Below, piece by piece: positions 37,941 to 48,942 of a stretch of DNA of 64,000 nucleotides (positions are counted from its first letter, which is position 1; every line of letters begins with the position of its first letter). The position numbers were made by a program, and so were the translations under genes. A model generated the notes under the pieces. That model had not been told where the DNA came from. It searched no databases and was given only the letters and a program-made list of their open reading frames with translations. Source of the stretch: Okamejei kenojei (taxonomy: Eukaryota); NCBI GenBank assembly GCA_035221665.1, contig CM069146.1:29574001-29638000 (forward strand), given 5' to 3'.

Positions 37941-40844
37941 ATGGCTGTCCCCGAATCAGGGGTTATTTGTTTGTTATTATTTGATTAATAAATTGTGTTA
38001 CTTTTTCAGCCAGTTTCGACTGAACTGCATTAACAGCCTTCCTCTATCAGAATTGCGGCAGTGTGATAGCAATAACGTTGTCCAGGGCGTGAAATCACAG
38101 AGCTTTGAAATCTTCACAAAGTCACTCACGTGACTCCGAAGTAAAATAGTAAGATTAAACGAGAACTTACCAAATTTGAAGGTTGATCTTTATTTTACGA
38201 GGAGTCGGGGTGAGGGATTTCGTGCCCCCCCCCGCTCCCACCCTCTATCATAAGGTCAACTGGGAAGTTCTACGTTCTTCATCTTACTATTTTCAGTCAT
38301 GGTGCATTCTGTGATTCCACACCGCTGCTTTGAAGGATGTCGCGCATGCGTGCTGGCGGGGTCTTCACGAAATCCCTCACCGCGACTCCTCGTAAAATAA
38401 AGATCAACCATCAAACTTGGTAAGTTCTCGTTTAATCTTACTATTTTAGTGAGGAAACCTGGGAATTTCTCACCCAATCCCACACCAGTGCTGTATTTGT
38501 ATTGTGATGGTATGACGTACAGGCACCTCTAAAAAGATAAATGTTATTATTTCATTTATTGGTCATATTACATGTTTCTTTATTATCACTGCACCATATC
38601 ATCCTGCGTCTGTTGTTGGGAAAATGCTGGAGTCTGTGGTCAAGAAAATCACCTGTGCCTTAATCAGTTTTTGTCGTAAATGTTGCAGTAATCCTGATAC
38701 CCATAAGAATAGGTTCCTTAAGTCTCACTGAAGAATGACCTGTCGTCATTGTACAAGCAGTCAGGTCAAGTCAAGTTTATTGTCATATGGTGTGGTGAGG
38801 TATATGGTACAATGAAAATCTTGCTTGCTTTTAGGTAGAGTGATGGGAAAGATACACAGTGCAGATTATAGTTCACAGCATTGTGTACCAATTCCAGAGA
38901 CAAGTCTAAGTTACACAATGAGGTAGAGGAGAATCAAACTATACCCTAGCTGTATCCGCAAAGGGCCTGTTCCACTTACGCGCCCTTTACAGGAGACTGC
39001 TGGCACCCGTGATAGGTCGACAAAATTTTCAATGTTGAAAATTCAGCGGCGACCAGAAAGACGCTACGACTCTTTGGAGACCTCTCCTGACCATAGTCAG
39101 GGCTGCCAACATTGGGTAAGAGTTTGGAGTGAGAAATTTCGAGAGACCTAGCTCGAGTGAGCATACGACAGGGTGGGGTATGAGAGGAGGATGTCCCCCC
39201 TCCCATTGGTACGCAACTTTTGCATTTTTCAGCTTAAAATTGGTGCATACTGTAGCAAGTCTTGTAATTTACACGTGAATGCAATATATATGCTTTAAAT
39301 TAGATTAACTATGAATAAGGTTAGACTAAATTACATTCCCAATTACATTCCACAGTAGAGCCCAGGCTCTGATCAACATATCTGGCGCTAACATAAAGTC
39401 CCATATCTAACAGGTGCTTATCTAATGCAGTAAACATTTATGTTGCACTTCACAGACCAAATAATCTATAACAAAATTTGCTACATCCATTGGCTTCCTT
39501 GTTATCTAACATGCTAGTTACTTTGTCAAAGAAGTCATCAATTGGTTGAACACAATTTCTCATCCATAAAATTATACTCAATCAGTTGTATGTATGCTGT
39601 TACCATTTCTTTCATTTTCCTAACAAACTCCTGAAGTAATTTTCACCCCCAATATTTTCAGTATTTTGTTGTCTCTCAGCTGGAACTTTTCCGAAATGCA
39701 AAGTCCAATAACTATATATTTAAGCAATATTATTCTATTAAATGTGACCTTGAGAGTACGTTATATTTTCTGTGGTATTCATAACACAACTGATAAAAAA
39801 TACCTTTGTTTTGATTGCACCTACCAACATGCATACATTATATTACAGTTAATATATACATTTTTGTTCCATTGCTCCCCATTCCCAATTACTTTTACAT
39901 TGAAGTTATTGAAATCCAAGTAAAATTTAAATGGCATCATAAAAATCAAACCTCCGGAATGGATGATATTCATTACGTGGTTGGTTGAGGTCAGTATCAG
40001 CACAATTGCTATATTAAACTTTGAATCTTTAGATGTCCTGGTTCAAGCTAAAACTAAAGACAAATAATAATCTGCTCACACATTCCCCAGCAAGTATCTC
40101 TGTCATTCCTTTAAAATATTCCCCTTCTTTGAACAAGCTCTTAAATATCGCATCTGAATTAGTTTCCATCTGATTACACTCCTTGAGGATGTTCATCTAC
40201 GTATTCAATTAATAAAACAATGAGATTGGGGACTTTTCTATTCAACCTGTCAAAGGAATTTGGGGGGAGGGGGGAGGTTAGAAATAGTCAAACATAACAG
40301 TTGAGTGTTAAATGACAATAGTGCTACCATCCCAATATTTAACTGAAGGAAATAATGGGTTATCAGGGCTGTATGTTGTGACAGACAGCCTGATACCTTG
40401 CATGTCATTTTAATATTACACTTATCCCATCGCCCTGGATATTCCAGATTAATAATTTAAGGTTTTGTCAACTAATTACAAATCAGGCTAATTACAAATC
40501 AATAACATTAGCCAACTCCGAAACATTTAGCGCTGAGCATTGGGATCCAGACATCATGGACAACTGGCCTCAGTTCCCCGCTCACATCTGGCAGTGTTCT
40601 CTGTCTGAACCAGGGATCGTGGAGCGTTTTTGAAAGTGGGGAGGCTGAGCGATCACTGATCACTGGCCTTGGGGGTACCCGGTGAGGGAGTGGAGCAACT
40701 GAGTGGGGAGAGGGTGTGGAAGTGGGGTGTCCCCTCCTCCCAGGGTAGGGACTTTTTGAAATTTGATGTATTAAAATCATGTTTTAGTGCATTGTAGAAG
40801 TATGATTTCAATGTTTTTTGTATGAAGTATTTTTAAGAGGTAAC

Positions 40845-41075
40845 TTTTTAAGGGGTAACTTTTTCCACACAAAGGGTGGTGGGTGTGTGGAACAAGCTGC
40901 CAGAGGAGGTAGTTGAGGCAGGGACCATCCCAACATTTAAGAAACAGTTAGACTGATACTAGGATAGGGCAGGTTTGGAGGCATGGACCAAAAGCAGGTA
41001 GTGTAGCTGGGACATGTTGGCGGGTGTGGACAAGTTGCACTGAAGGGCCTGTTTTCACACTATATCACTCTACGA
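40845..41075 (+). mobile_element. CR1 3' end
   Basis: ttccacacaaagggtggtgggtgtgtggaacaagctgccagagg...gaagggcctgtttt. Confidence 0.8.
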
Positions 41076-41146
41076 CCACATTATACCTCCACCATGCATG
41101 AATGCTTCAAAATCAAGTGATTGAGTTTTGTTGCCATATACTCAAG

Positions 41147-41490
41147 CATAGAAACATAGAAAATAGGTGCAGGAATAGGCCATTCGGCCCTTCGAGCCAG
41201 CACTGTCATTCAATATGATCATGGCTATTCATCTAAAATCAGTACCTCTTTCCACGTCTTTTCCCCATATCCCTTGATTTAATTAGCCCCAAGAACTAAA
41301 TGTAACTCTCTCTTGAAAACATCCAGTGAATTGGCCTTCACTGCCTTCTGTGGCAGAGAATTCCACAGATTCACAACTCTCTGCATTAAGAAAGTTTGTC
41401 CTCATCTCAGTCCTAACTGGCCTACCCTTTATTCTTAAACTGTGACCCCTGGTTCTGAACTCCCCAACATTGGGAACATTTTTCCTGCAG
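41147..41490 (-). mobile_element. CR1 3' end with (CATAGAAA)n tail
   Basis: RTRGHSLRIKGRP motif; same family as 46163-46977. Confidence 0.85.
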
Positions 41491-41965
41491 TTACAGTAAG
41501 TGAAAATCTTGCAGGCAAGCAGGATGCTTTCTCCAACCACTGCCATATGAAGTCCACTATCTTCCACCGTTTCTACCCAGTGCTTGGTACTTACTTCCAG
41601 CAGCCACTGGTTGTCCTCCAGGATGCACCAACCCACAGCCTGGGCGGATTGGGCACAGAGACTCTCACGTCAGCGGCACAACGCTTCCAACGCCTCCGAC
41701 GGCCCGGGACTCTTGCACTGAGGCTGCTCCATGGCCGTAGTTGCAGTGAGCGACGCCAGCCCGGCAGACACTCACCAGCCCCGCTCCCCGTCCGCATCTG
41801 TCCCCGCTGCTGCTTCTGCTTCCAACACCCATGCGGTTGATATTAGTTTTGACATTTTCGTTGATCACAGAATTTCTTATGACAGAGCGTGAGAAATTTG
41901 TGATCAGCGTGAGAATTTGGCAAAATGCGTGATTCTCACGCTCAATGCATGGGAGTTGGCAGCCC

Positions 41966-42960
41966 AGCCTCTCTATCCCCTCTCTCCCCCTATCTCTCTC
42001 CCCTTCTCTCTCCCTCTCTCTTTCCCCTCNNNNNNNNNNNNNNNNNNNNNNNNNNNNNNNNNNNNNNNNNNNNNNNNNNNNNNNNNNNNNNNNNNNNNNN
42101 NNNNNNNNNNNNNNNNNNNNNNNNNNNNNNNNNNNNNNNNNNNNNNNNNNNNNNNNNNNNNNNNNNNNNNNNNNNNNNNNNNNNNNNNNNNNNNNNNNNN
42201 NNNNNNNNNNNNNNNNNNNNNNNNNNNNNNNNNNNNNNNNNNNNNNNNNNNNNNNNNNNNNNNNNNNNNNNNNNNNNTCACTCTTCCCCTCTCTNNNNNN
42301 NNNNNNNNNNNNNNNNNNNNNNNNNNNNNNNNNNNNNNNNNNNNNNNNNNNNNNNNNNNNNNNNNNNNNNNNNNNNNNNNNNNNNNNNNNNNNNNNNNNN
42401 NNNNNNNNNNNNNNNNNNNNNNNNNNNNNNNNNNNNNNNNNNNNNNNNNNNNTCTCCCCTCTCTCTCCTCCCTCTTCTCTCTCACCCATTTCTCCCTCGC
42501 ACCTCACTCTCCCCCTTGCTCTCCACCCTCTCTCTCCCCTCTCTCTTTCTCTTGTCTCTATGTCCTTTCTCTCTTTGCCCCCTCTCTCTCCCCCATTTCT
42601 CTCTCCCCCCCTCCCTCTTCCCCCTCTCTTTTTACCACCCTCTCTATTCCCCCTCTCTCCCTCTTTCCCCTCCCCTTCTCTTCTCCCATTCTCTCCTCCC
42701 TCTCTCCTCCCTCTCCACCCTCTCTCTTCCCTCTCTCACCTCTCTCTCTCCCTTTCTCCCCCTCTCTTCCCCCCTCGCTCTCCCCTTCTTCTTCTCTTTC
42801 CATCCCTCTCCCTCACCCCCTCTCTCTTCCCCCTCGCTCCCACACTCTTCCCCCTCTCTCTTTCCCCTCTCCCTCCCCTCTCCCTCCTCTCTCTCCCTCT
42901 CTCTCTCTCCCCCACTGTCTCACTGTCTCCTTTCCCTCTCTCTCTCCCCCTCCCTTTGAG
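41966..42960. repeat. CT-rich low-complexity tract with assembly gaps
   Basis: Polypyrimidine tract interrupted by N runs. Confidence 0.95.
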
Positions 42961-43904
42961 TCTCTGTCCCTTCGGAACAGCGACTGTCACGGCAGCGGCG
43001 CAACGCTTCCGACGCCTCCGATGGCCCGGGACTCTTGCACTGGGGCTGCTCCATGGCCGGAGCTGCAGCGAACGACTCGCCAGCCCCGCAAACACTCGCC
43101 AGCCCCGCAAACACTCACCAGCCCCGGCAAACACTCGCCAGCCCCGGCTCCCCGCATCTGTCCCCGCCCGCTGCTTCCATCCCTCCCTCCAACACCCATG
43201 CAGTTGATATGAGTTTTGAAATTTACGTTGATCACAGAATTTCTCACGACAGAGCGTGAGAAATTTGTGATCAGCTTGAGAGCGTGAGAATTTGCCCAAA
43301 TGCGTGATTCTCACGCTCAAAGCGTGAGAGCTGGCAGCCCTGCCATAGGAGACCTCTCACGACCATGCAGGCGACCCCTGGCGACATGTCGCGGGTGACT
43401 TCTCATGACCATAGGAGACCTCTCACAACCATATCATTAATATATATTGTAAATAGCTGCGGTCCCAGCACCGAGCCTTGCAGTACCCCACTAGTCACTG
43501 CCTGCCATTCTGAAATAAATTGTGTTATATTTTGAGTTATTTCATCTGTTAATCTGTTAATATAAAAGTCTGAATGTATTGGTATGGAGTGTATGTTTTG
43601 TTACAATATGTTCAGTTTGTGTTACAATATAATCAATAAAGGTTTATGATCAATATAATGTATTAGTGTGTCAATAAGTATCTTACATTAGTTCAGAGAA
43701 GTCAACATTTTTAATTTGCACCTTTGTTTTCAAATTATTATATGGTCTTGTCTCTTTAAATCTTTGTGATTGCTTCCAGCTGCACAATCTCTGGGATATC
43801 TGTGCTACTTCAATTATGGTGTCTTTGTATTTGCAATTTTAATTGCTACGTTGTTCACGGCTGTTTCTTCAGCTACAGGGTCCTAAAGCTATGTGATTTC
43901 AACC

Positions 43905-44292
43905 CCCATTCTCCCCCAACCCCTCTCTCCTCCCCGCCTCTCTCTCTCCCCCTCTCTCCTTTCTTTTTCCCTCTCCTCTCTCGCTCCATCTCTCTCTTCT
44001 TCTCCCTCCCTTTCTTGTGCCCCCCATTATTTTTCCGTTGCTCTTTCTCTCTCTGTCAATTCTCTCCCTTCCTCTTTTCTCCCTCTCCCCCCTCACCTCC
44101 CCCTTTCTCTACTTACCTTTCATTATCTCTCTTCCTCTTACTCCCATTTTCTCTCTCCCTCACCCTCTCTCTCTCTCTCTCACCGTCTCTCATCCCTTTT
44201 CGTTCTGACTCTCTCCCTTTCACCCACCTTCTCCCTCACTTACCTCCTCTTCTCTCAGTCCCCCTCAGTCTTTCTAAACTCTCTCTTTCTCA
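43905..44292. repeat. CT-rich low-complexity tract
   Basis: Almost pure C/T sequence. Confidence 0.95.
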
Positions 44293-45333
44293 CATGAAAC
44301 TCCTTCAGCCAGTTGCTTCACCTCTTTGTGGCTTGGTGGCAAAGTTGGTTCTGTGAATTGTTGAGATGTTTTATGCGCTCATGTTGCTTTATAAAGGCAT
44401 TACTGTTACAGTATACAGTACAATGTCAATTATATTCAGCATCATGTAAATATAATCTGCACAGTATTACAAAAAGATCAGTGTGATGTTAAAATATGAT
44501 CAGTTTAATCAGTGCGATGTAATGGGGCAATCAGTATAGTATTACCATGCAATTAACAAAACATTAAATAATTAATAGCATTAATTAATATTTGTCAACA
44601 CTGGTAACATTTTAATTTTACAATAGATTTAGTACTATGTAAGAATATAATCAACAATGACCAGTATGACATAACAATACAAACTATACTATTTCAAAAT
44701 AATTGCTTAAATCTCAATACAGTTAGTCTTGTTGTGAACATGATCAGTACAGCTTGGAATATGATCAATATACTGTTGCTATTTTGATCGTTAGTGTTAA
44801 AACTAACTCACACATGCAACATTAAACAACAGTAAAGAACTGCAGATGCTGGAAGTCTGAAATAAAAACAGAAAATACTGGAAACACTCAGCAGGTCAAG
44901 CAGCACCTGTGGAGAGAGAAAAACAAAGTTCATGTTTCAAGTCATAAACCCTTCATCAAATGAACAGTATATTGTTATTATAACAAATATTATTTACACG
45001 CTATTAAAATGTGAACAGACTAATATTATCAGTGTATTCTTATAATGTGTGATCAATTTTCAATAACATTGTGGTCAATATTGTGGATATTTTTAATCAC
45101 GAGCATATATGATGTCAAGTATCCAAGCCATAATATATTGGTGCAATCACTCTGCTGTAATATGGGCCCAAATCTAACTGGGTCAGGCTGGGTGGTTTCA
45201 AAAAGAATGCAGTTACACAGACCTGCCACAAACCTAGGATTTCCTAAGTGATAGATGCTGGTGCATCTGTCACCCTGTTTTGTCACTGGGCACCAAATGT
45301 GCCTTGCTATGCTGGGATACCTTGGCATTACCC

Positions 45334-45950
45334 TTCAAGGTTTCAAGGTCAGTTTATTGTCACATGTATCAATTAAGGTAGAGTGAAATTTGAGTTACCA
45401 TTCAGTCATACTAAGTGAAAAGCAACAAGACACACAATCACATAAAAGTTAACATAAACATCCCAGTGGATTCCACATTCCTCTGTGATGGAAGGCAATA
45501 AAGTTCAATCTTCTTCCTCTTGTTCTCCCGCGGTAGGGGCAGTCAAACCATCTGCAGTCGGGGCGATCGAAGCCCCTGTCAGGGTGATCGAAACTCCCGC
45601 GCGGGGCGATTGAAACTCCGTGGCATGGAGCTCCCGAGTCGGCATCTTCTTACCAGAGACCGTGGGCTTCACAATGTTAAAGTCCACATGCCCCGCGGTT
45701 GGAACTTCGATCCCCGGCAAAAGGGATCGCTAGCTCGGCGATGATAAAGTAACTCCTGCGGCTTGGAGCACCTGTCGCGAACTCCATGATGTTAGGCCGC
45801 AGTGGGGACGGAGATACGATAAGGAAAAAAAAATACTCCACCCCCACCCCCCACATAAAACAAACCAAGGAACACTAAAACACACTTTTTAACACATACT
45901 AAAAATAACAAAAAGAAGAAAGGACAGACAGACTTTTGGTGAGGCAGCCA
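45334..45950 (-). mobile_element. Non-autonomous LINE-derived (Rex/Babar-like) element
   Basis: Minus strand begins tggctgcctcacc, has a GC-rich non-coding core and ends gtgacaataaac with a (CCTTGAAA)-type tail; 3' part resembles 54372-54568. Confidence 0.55.
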
Positions 45951-46015
45951 CTAGGAGACTTGGGTATCCAACTCTCTGATCTCACAGATCAAGTGTGGCA
46001 TCAGTCCCCATTCAT

Positions 46016-46151
46016 CTTCTTCTTTCGTGTGGCGTGCACACCCTAAAGTTGTAGGACAACTTGTTCTATTTGATCTTCTGTTTGTGCACGTTGAGTTGAT
46101 TGCATTAGTCGAAACAGGGCGGCCCACGTGAAGGCGGCAATCTTCCACCCC
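46016..46151 (-). mobile_element. Ribozyme-headed SINE, copy C
   Basis: 12-bp TSD GTCCCCATTCAT at 46004-46015 and 46153-46164; GAAAGAAGAAG tail. Confidence 0.9.
46098..46151 (-). ncRNA. Minimal HDV-like ribozyme, copy C (P2/P3 junction mutated)
   Basis: GGGGTGG AA GATTGCC GCC TTCACGT GGG CCGCCCT GT TTCGA CTAA TGCAATC; one P2 pair and one P3 pair broken. Confidence 0.7.
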
Positions 46152-46162
46152 GGTCCCCATTC

Positions 46163-46977
46163 ATAGAAACATAGAAACATAGAAAATAGATGCAGGAGGA
46201 GGCCATCGAGCCAGCACCTCCATTCATTGTGATCATGGCTGATCGTCCCCAATCAATAACCAGTGCCTGCCTTCTCCCCATATCTCTTGATTCCACTAGC
46301 CCCTAGAGCTTTATCTAACTCTCTCTTAAATCCATCCAGTGCCCTTAAATCCTCCACTGCCCTCTGTGGCAGGGAATTCCACAAATTCACAACTCTCTGG
46401 GTGAAAAAGTTTTTTCTCACCGCAGTCTTAAATGGCTTCCCCTTTATTCTCAGACTGTGGCCCCTGGTTCTGGACTCGCCCAACATTGGGAACATTTTTC
46501 TTGCATCTAGCTTGTCCAGTTCTTTAATAATTGTATATTTTTCTATAAGATATCCCCTCATCCTTCTAAACTCCAGTGAATACAAGCCTAGTCTTTTCAA
46601 TCTTTCTTCATATGACAGTCCCTCCATCCCAGGGATCAATTTCGTGAACCTACGCTGCACTGCCTCAATCATAAGGATGTCCTTCCTCAAATTAGGAGAC
46701 CAATACTGTACACAATACTCCAGATGTGGTCTCTACAGAGCCCCATACAACTGCAGAAGAACCTCTTTTCTCCTATACTGAAATCCTCTTGTTATGAAGG
46801 CCAATTCCATTAGCTTTCTTCACTGCCTGCTGTACCTGCACACCAACTTTCAGTGACTGATGTACAAGGACGCCCAGGTTTTGCTGCACCTCCCCCTTAT
46901 CTAACCTCACCCCATTGAGATAATAATCTGCCCCCTTGTTTTTGCCGCCAAAATGGATAACCTCACATTTATCTATA
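46163..46977 (-). mobile_element. Young CR1 LINE, 3' part (interrupted by DIRS)
   Basis: ORF 46253..46690 is the CR1 C-terminus; continues at 52446. Confidence 0.92.
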
Positions 46978-47139
46978 TTTTACTTCGGAGTCACGTGAGT
47001 GACCGTGAAGACCCCGCCAGCACGCATGCGCGACATATCGTCGCGCGCATTTGCTAGACAAGCTGGGGGGGTGAGTGCGCTCTCTCCTCCAGCTCCTTCA
47101 TAAGACCGGCAGGTAAGTGCTTACCTTTACTCCCACAGG

Positions 47140-48942
47140 ATGGACAAGGGCAAGCGGAAGGCGACTCTCTCGAGGAGCCGTGCTGCTTCGACCAGCCAAC
47201 GGCCTTTGTCCCCGGAGCTGCAAGCACCACCGGCAGCTTCGGGACGTGTGGGGGCAAGAATGCGGAAGTCGGGCGCTCCTGCTACTCTAACGCCCGACTC
47301 ATCACCTGAATGGTTCACTGCACTGGAGCTGGAGACTGGTGATCCAGACTTCGAGCCCCCTTCCCCCAAGAAAAGAGGGGGAAAACAGGTACGTGGGAAG
47401 GAGCCTCGCTCAGCGACCTCACCCCGAGTGCCAGCAGACCCAAGGGGACTGGGCCGGGGGACAGCTGCACTACAGGGGAGCCCTGCAGCTGTGCACCACC
47501 ACGTACCACTGCCAGGGAGATCTGCCGTAGAGCAGTCTGGCAGATCTACTGCTGCGTCGAGCAGACCTGTAGGAGCAGGTGCTACCGGCAAAACACCCCG
47601 TCAGGCTGCGGTCAAGGGCGGTGGTGGCAGCAGTAGACGGTCGGTCAGCTTAGCTCTGGGAGCGGCCGACCATGCGCCTCCACGCCGAATATTGGGCGAC
47701 AGTGGAGGTAAGCCTGCACGGACTCCGGGGAGCCAGGTTCCGGGGGCCGGCGCCGATCCAACTCACCTGCCTTCGTATCAGACAGGTGGGCCGCCACAGT
47801 CTGGAAGAAGACAGACTAGCGGAGAGTCCGTGCGGGAGTCGTATGAGCCTACTCGGGCGGTAGGCCACGACGACCTGCCATTGGACCCTAGACAGCACCT
47901 TATGGAGGTGTGGTCCGATGGTGGAAGCCCCAGTGATATCGCAGGGCCTGGGGAAGTCGGCTTGTCCGCTGCACATAGCAGGGATGGTCGCATAGAGCGG
48001 TTGGAGCTCTTAGTGGAGCAACTCCTCCAGCAGGACAGAGACCGGGAAGAACGGGACTCACGGGCATCCACAAGCCGCGCAAGGAGTCCTCTCAGTATCT
48101 CGTCTTCACCGGCCAGAAGTGCCAGCAGTTGCCGAGCCGCTGTATTTGAAGACGACCCGGGACAGCTAGTGACCACTGAGCCAGAGCATGAGGAGGATAT
48201 GCTGGACGTGGTGGGCAAGTTTGCCACAACCACACAAACAGGGGAACCCCTGCACCACAAACTGGCGGGCACCATTGATTACCTGACTACTCACCAACTC
48301 CAGAGTCAGGTACTCAATGACACTATGGAGAAAATAAAGCCACCCAAGAGCTGCATCAACCTCAGTGTTCCCCTGGTTAATGCTCAAATCTGGGGACACT
48401 TGAGCACGGCCACCAGGATGCAGGATGTCCGCCTCCAGCGTATCTTAAAGGTCCTCTCCACGGGTATAATGGCGTTTGCTAGGACCCTTGACGGGGATAA
48501 TGTGTCCAGTGAACAACAAGATGCCCTGGCACTCCTATGCAACGCCCAGTATGAGATCAACTGCCTGCGTAAGAGCTCCATTAAGCCCACACTCAACCCC
48601 AAATTCGCGGGGTTGTGCCGTCCATCAACCGCTCCACCGCCTCATCAACTGTTTGGAGATCTGTCCAAACAAGTGAAGGAACTAGACGAGGAGGCCAAAA
48701 CAGCTGGCCTAATGAAACCTCCTACGGCCAGACCTCACCCATACCACCGGCAACAACCACACACTATCTGGAAACCGTGGCCGCCGGACAGGACACAAAG
48801 GACCTATCCACCTCCACTTCCCCAAACACAACGGCCTTTTTTAGGACAAGGTCAACAGCGGCCTGCATGGAAGATGCGGCCGCCATCCCGACAACCTCCA
48901 CAACGTCCACCCAAAACGACATACGCCAGGAACCGTCGTTAA
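47140..48942 (+). CDS. DIRS gag-like ORF1, open 600 aa
   Basis: Uninterrupted ORF in the first position of the element; disordered basic N-terminus, helical core, P/R-rich tail with PFL. Confidence 0.85.
   Translation: MDKGKRKATLSRSRAASTSQRPLSPELQAPPAASGRVGARMRKSGAPATLTPDSSPEWFTALELETGDPDFEPPSPKKRGGKQVRGKEPRSATSPRVPADPRGLGRGTAALQGSPAAVHHHVPLPGRSAVEQSGRSTAASSRPVGAGATGKTPRQAAVKGGGGSSRRSVSLALGAADHAPPRRILGDSGGKPARTPGSQVPGAGADPTHLPSYQTGGPPQSGRRQTSGESVRESYEPTRAVGHDDLPLDPRQHLMEVWSDGGSPSDIAGPGEVGLSAAHSRDGRIERLELLVEQLLQQDRDREERDSRASTSRARSPLSISSSPARSASSCRAAVFEDDPGQLVTTEPEHEEDMLDVVGKFATTTQTGEPLHHKLAGTIDYLTTHQLQSQVLNDTMEKIKPPKSCINLSVPLVNAQIWGHLSTATRMQDVRLQRILKVLSTGIMAFARTLDGDNVSSEQQDALALLCNAQYEINCLRKSSIKPTLNPKFAGLCRPSTAPPPHQLFGDLSKQVKELDEEAKTAGLMKPPTARPHPYHRQQPHTIWKPWPPDRTQRTYPPPLPQTQRPFLGQGQQRPAWKMRPPSRQPPQRPPKTTYARNRR

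Larger units (their letters stand above)
33980..38445 (+). mobile_element. DIRS1-like YR retrotransposon, family 1, 5'-deleted copy
   Basis: Left end ttttacttcggagtcacgtga; ICR ~38112-38222; right ITR plus extension ~38338-38445. Closely similar to 46978-52445 apart from an 840-bp deletion. Confidence 0.95.
39098..43342. mobile_element. Non-autonomous class II element (hAT- or P-like TIRs) with nested repeats
   Basis: TIR CAGGGCTGCCAAC (39098) / GCTGGCAGCCCTG (43342); imperfect 7-bp flank ccatagt/ccatagg; contains CR1 pieces, a CT tract and a duplicated 3' end. Confidence 0.65.
38961..43432. mobile_element. Harbinger-like MITE fragment split by a 4.2-kb insertion
   Basis: Starts aagggcctgttccactta (same TIR type as 57003); ggagacctctc..gaccat motif at 39076-39096 resumes at 43343. 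Confidence 0.6.

Noticed and set aside
41917-43212. Long ORFs of 280-431 aa
   Set aside because: Artefacts of N gaps and CT low-complexity sequence.
43766-44356. 196-aa L/S/P/F-rich ORF
   Set aside because: Translation of a polypyrimidine tract.
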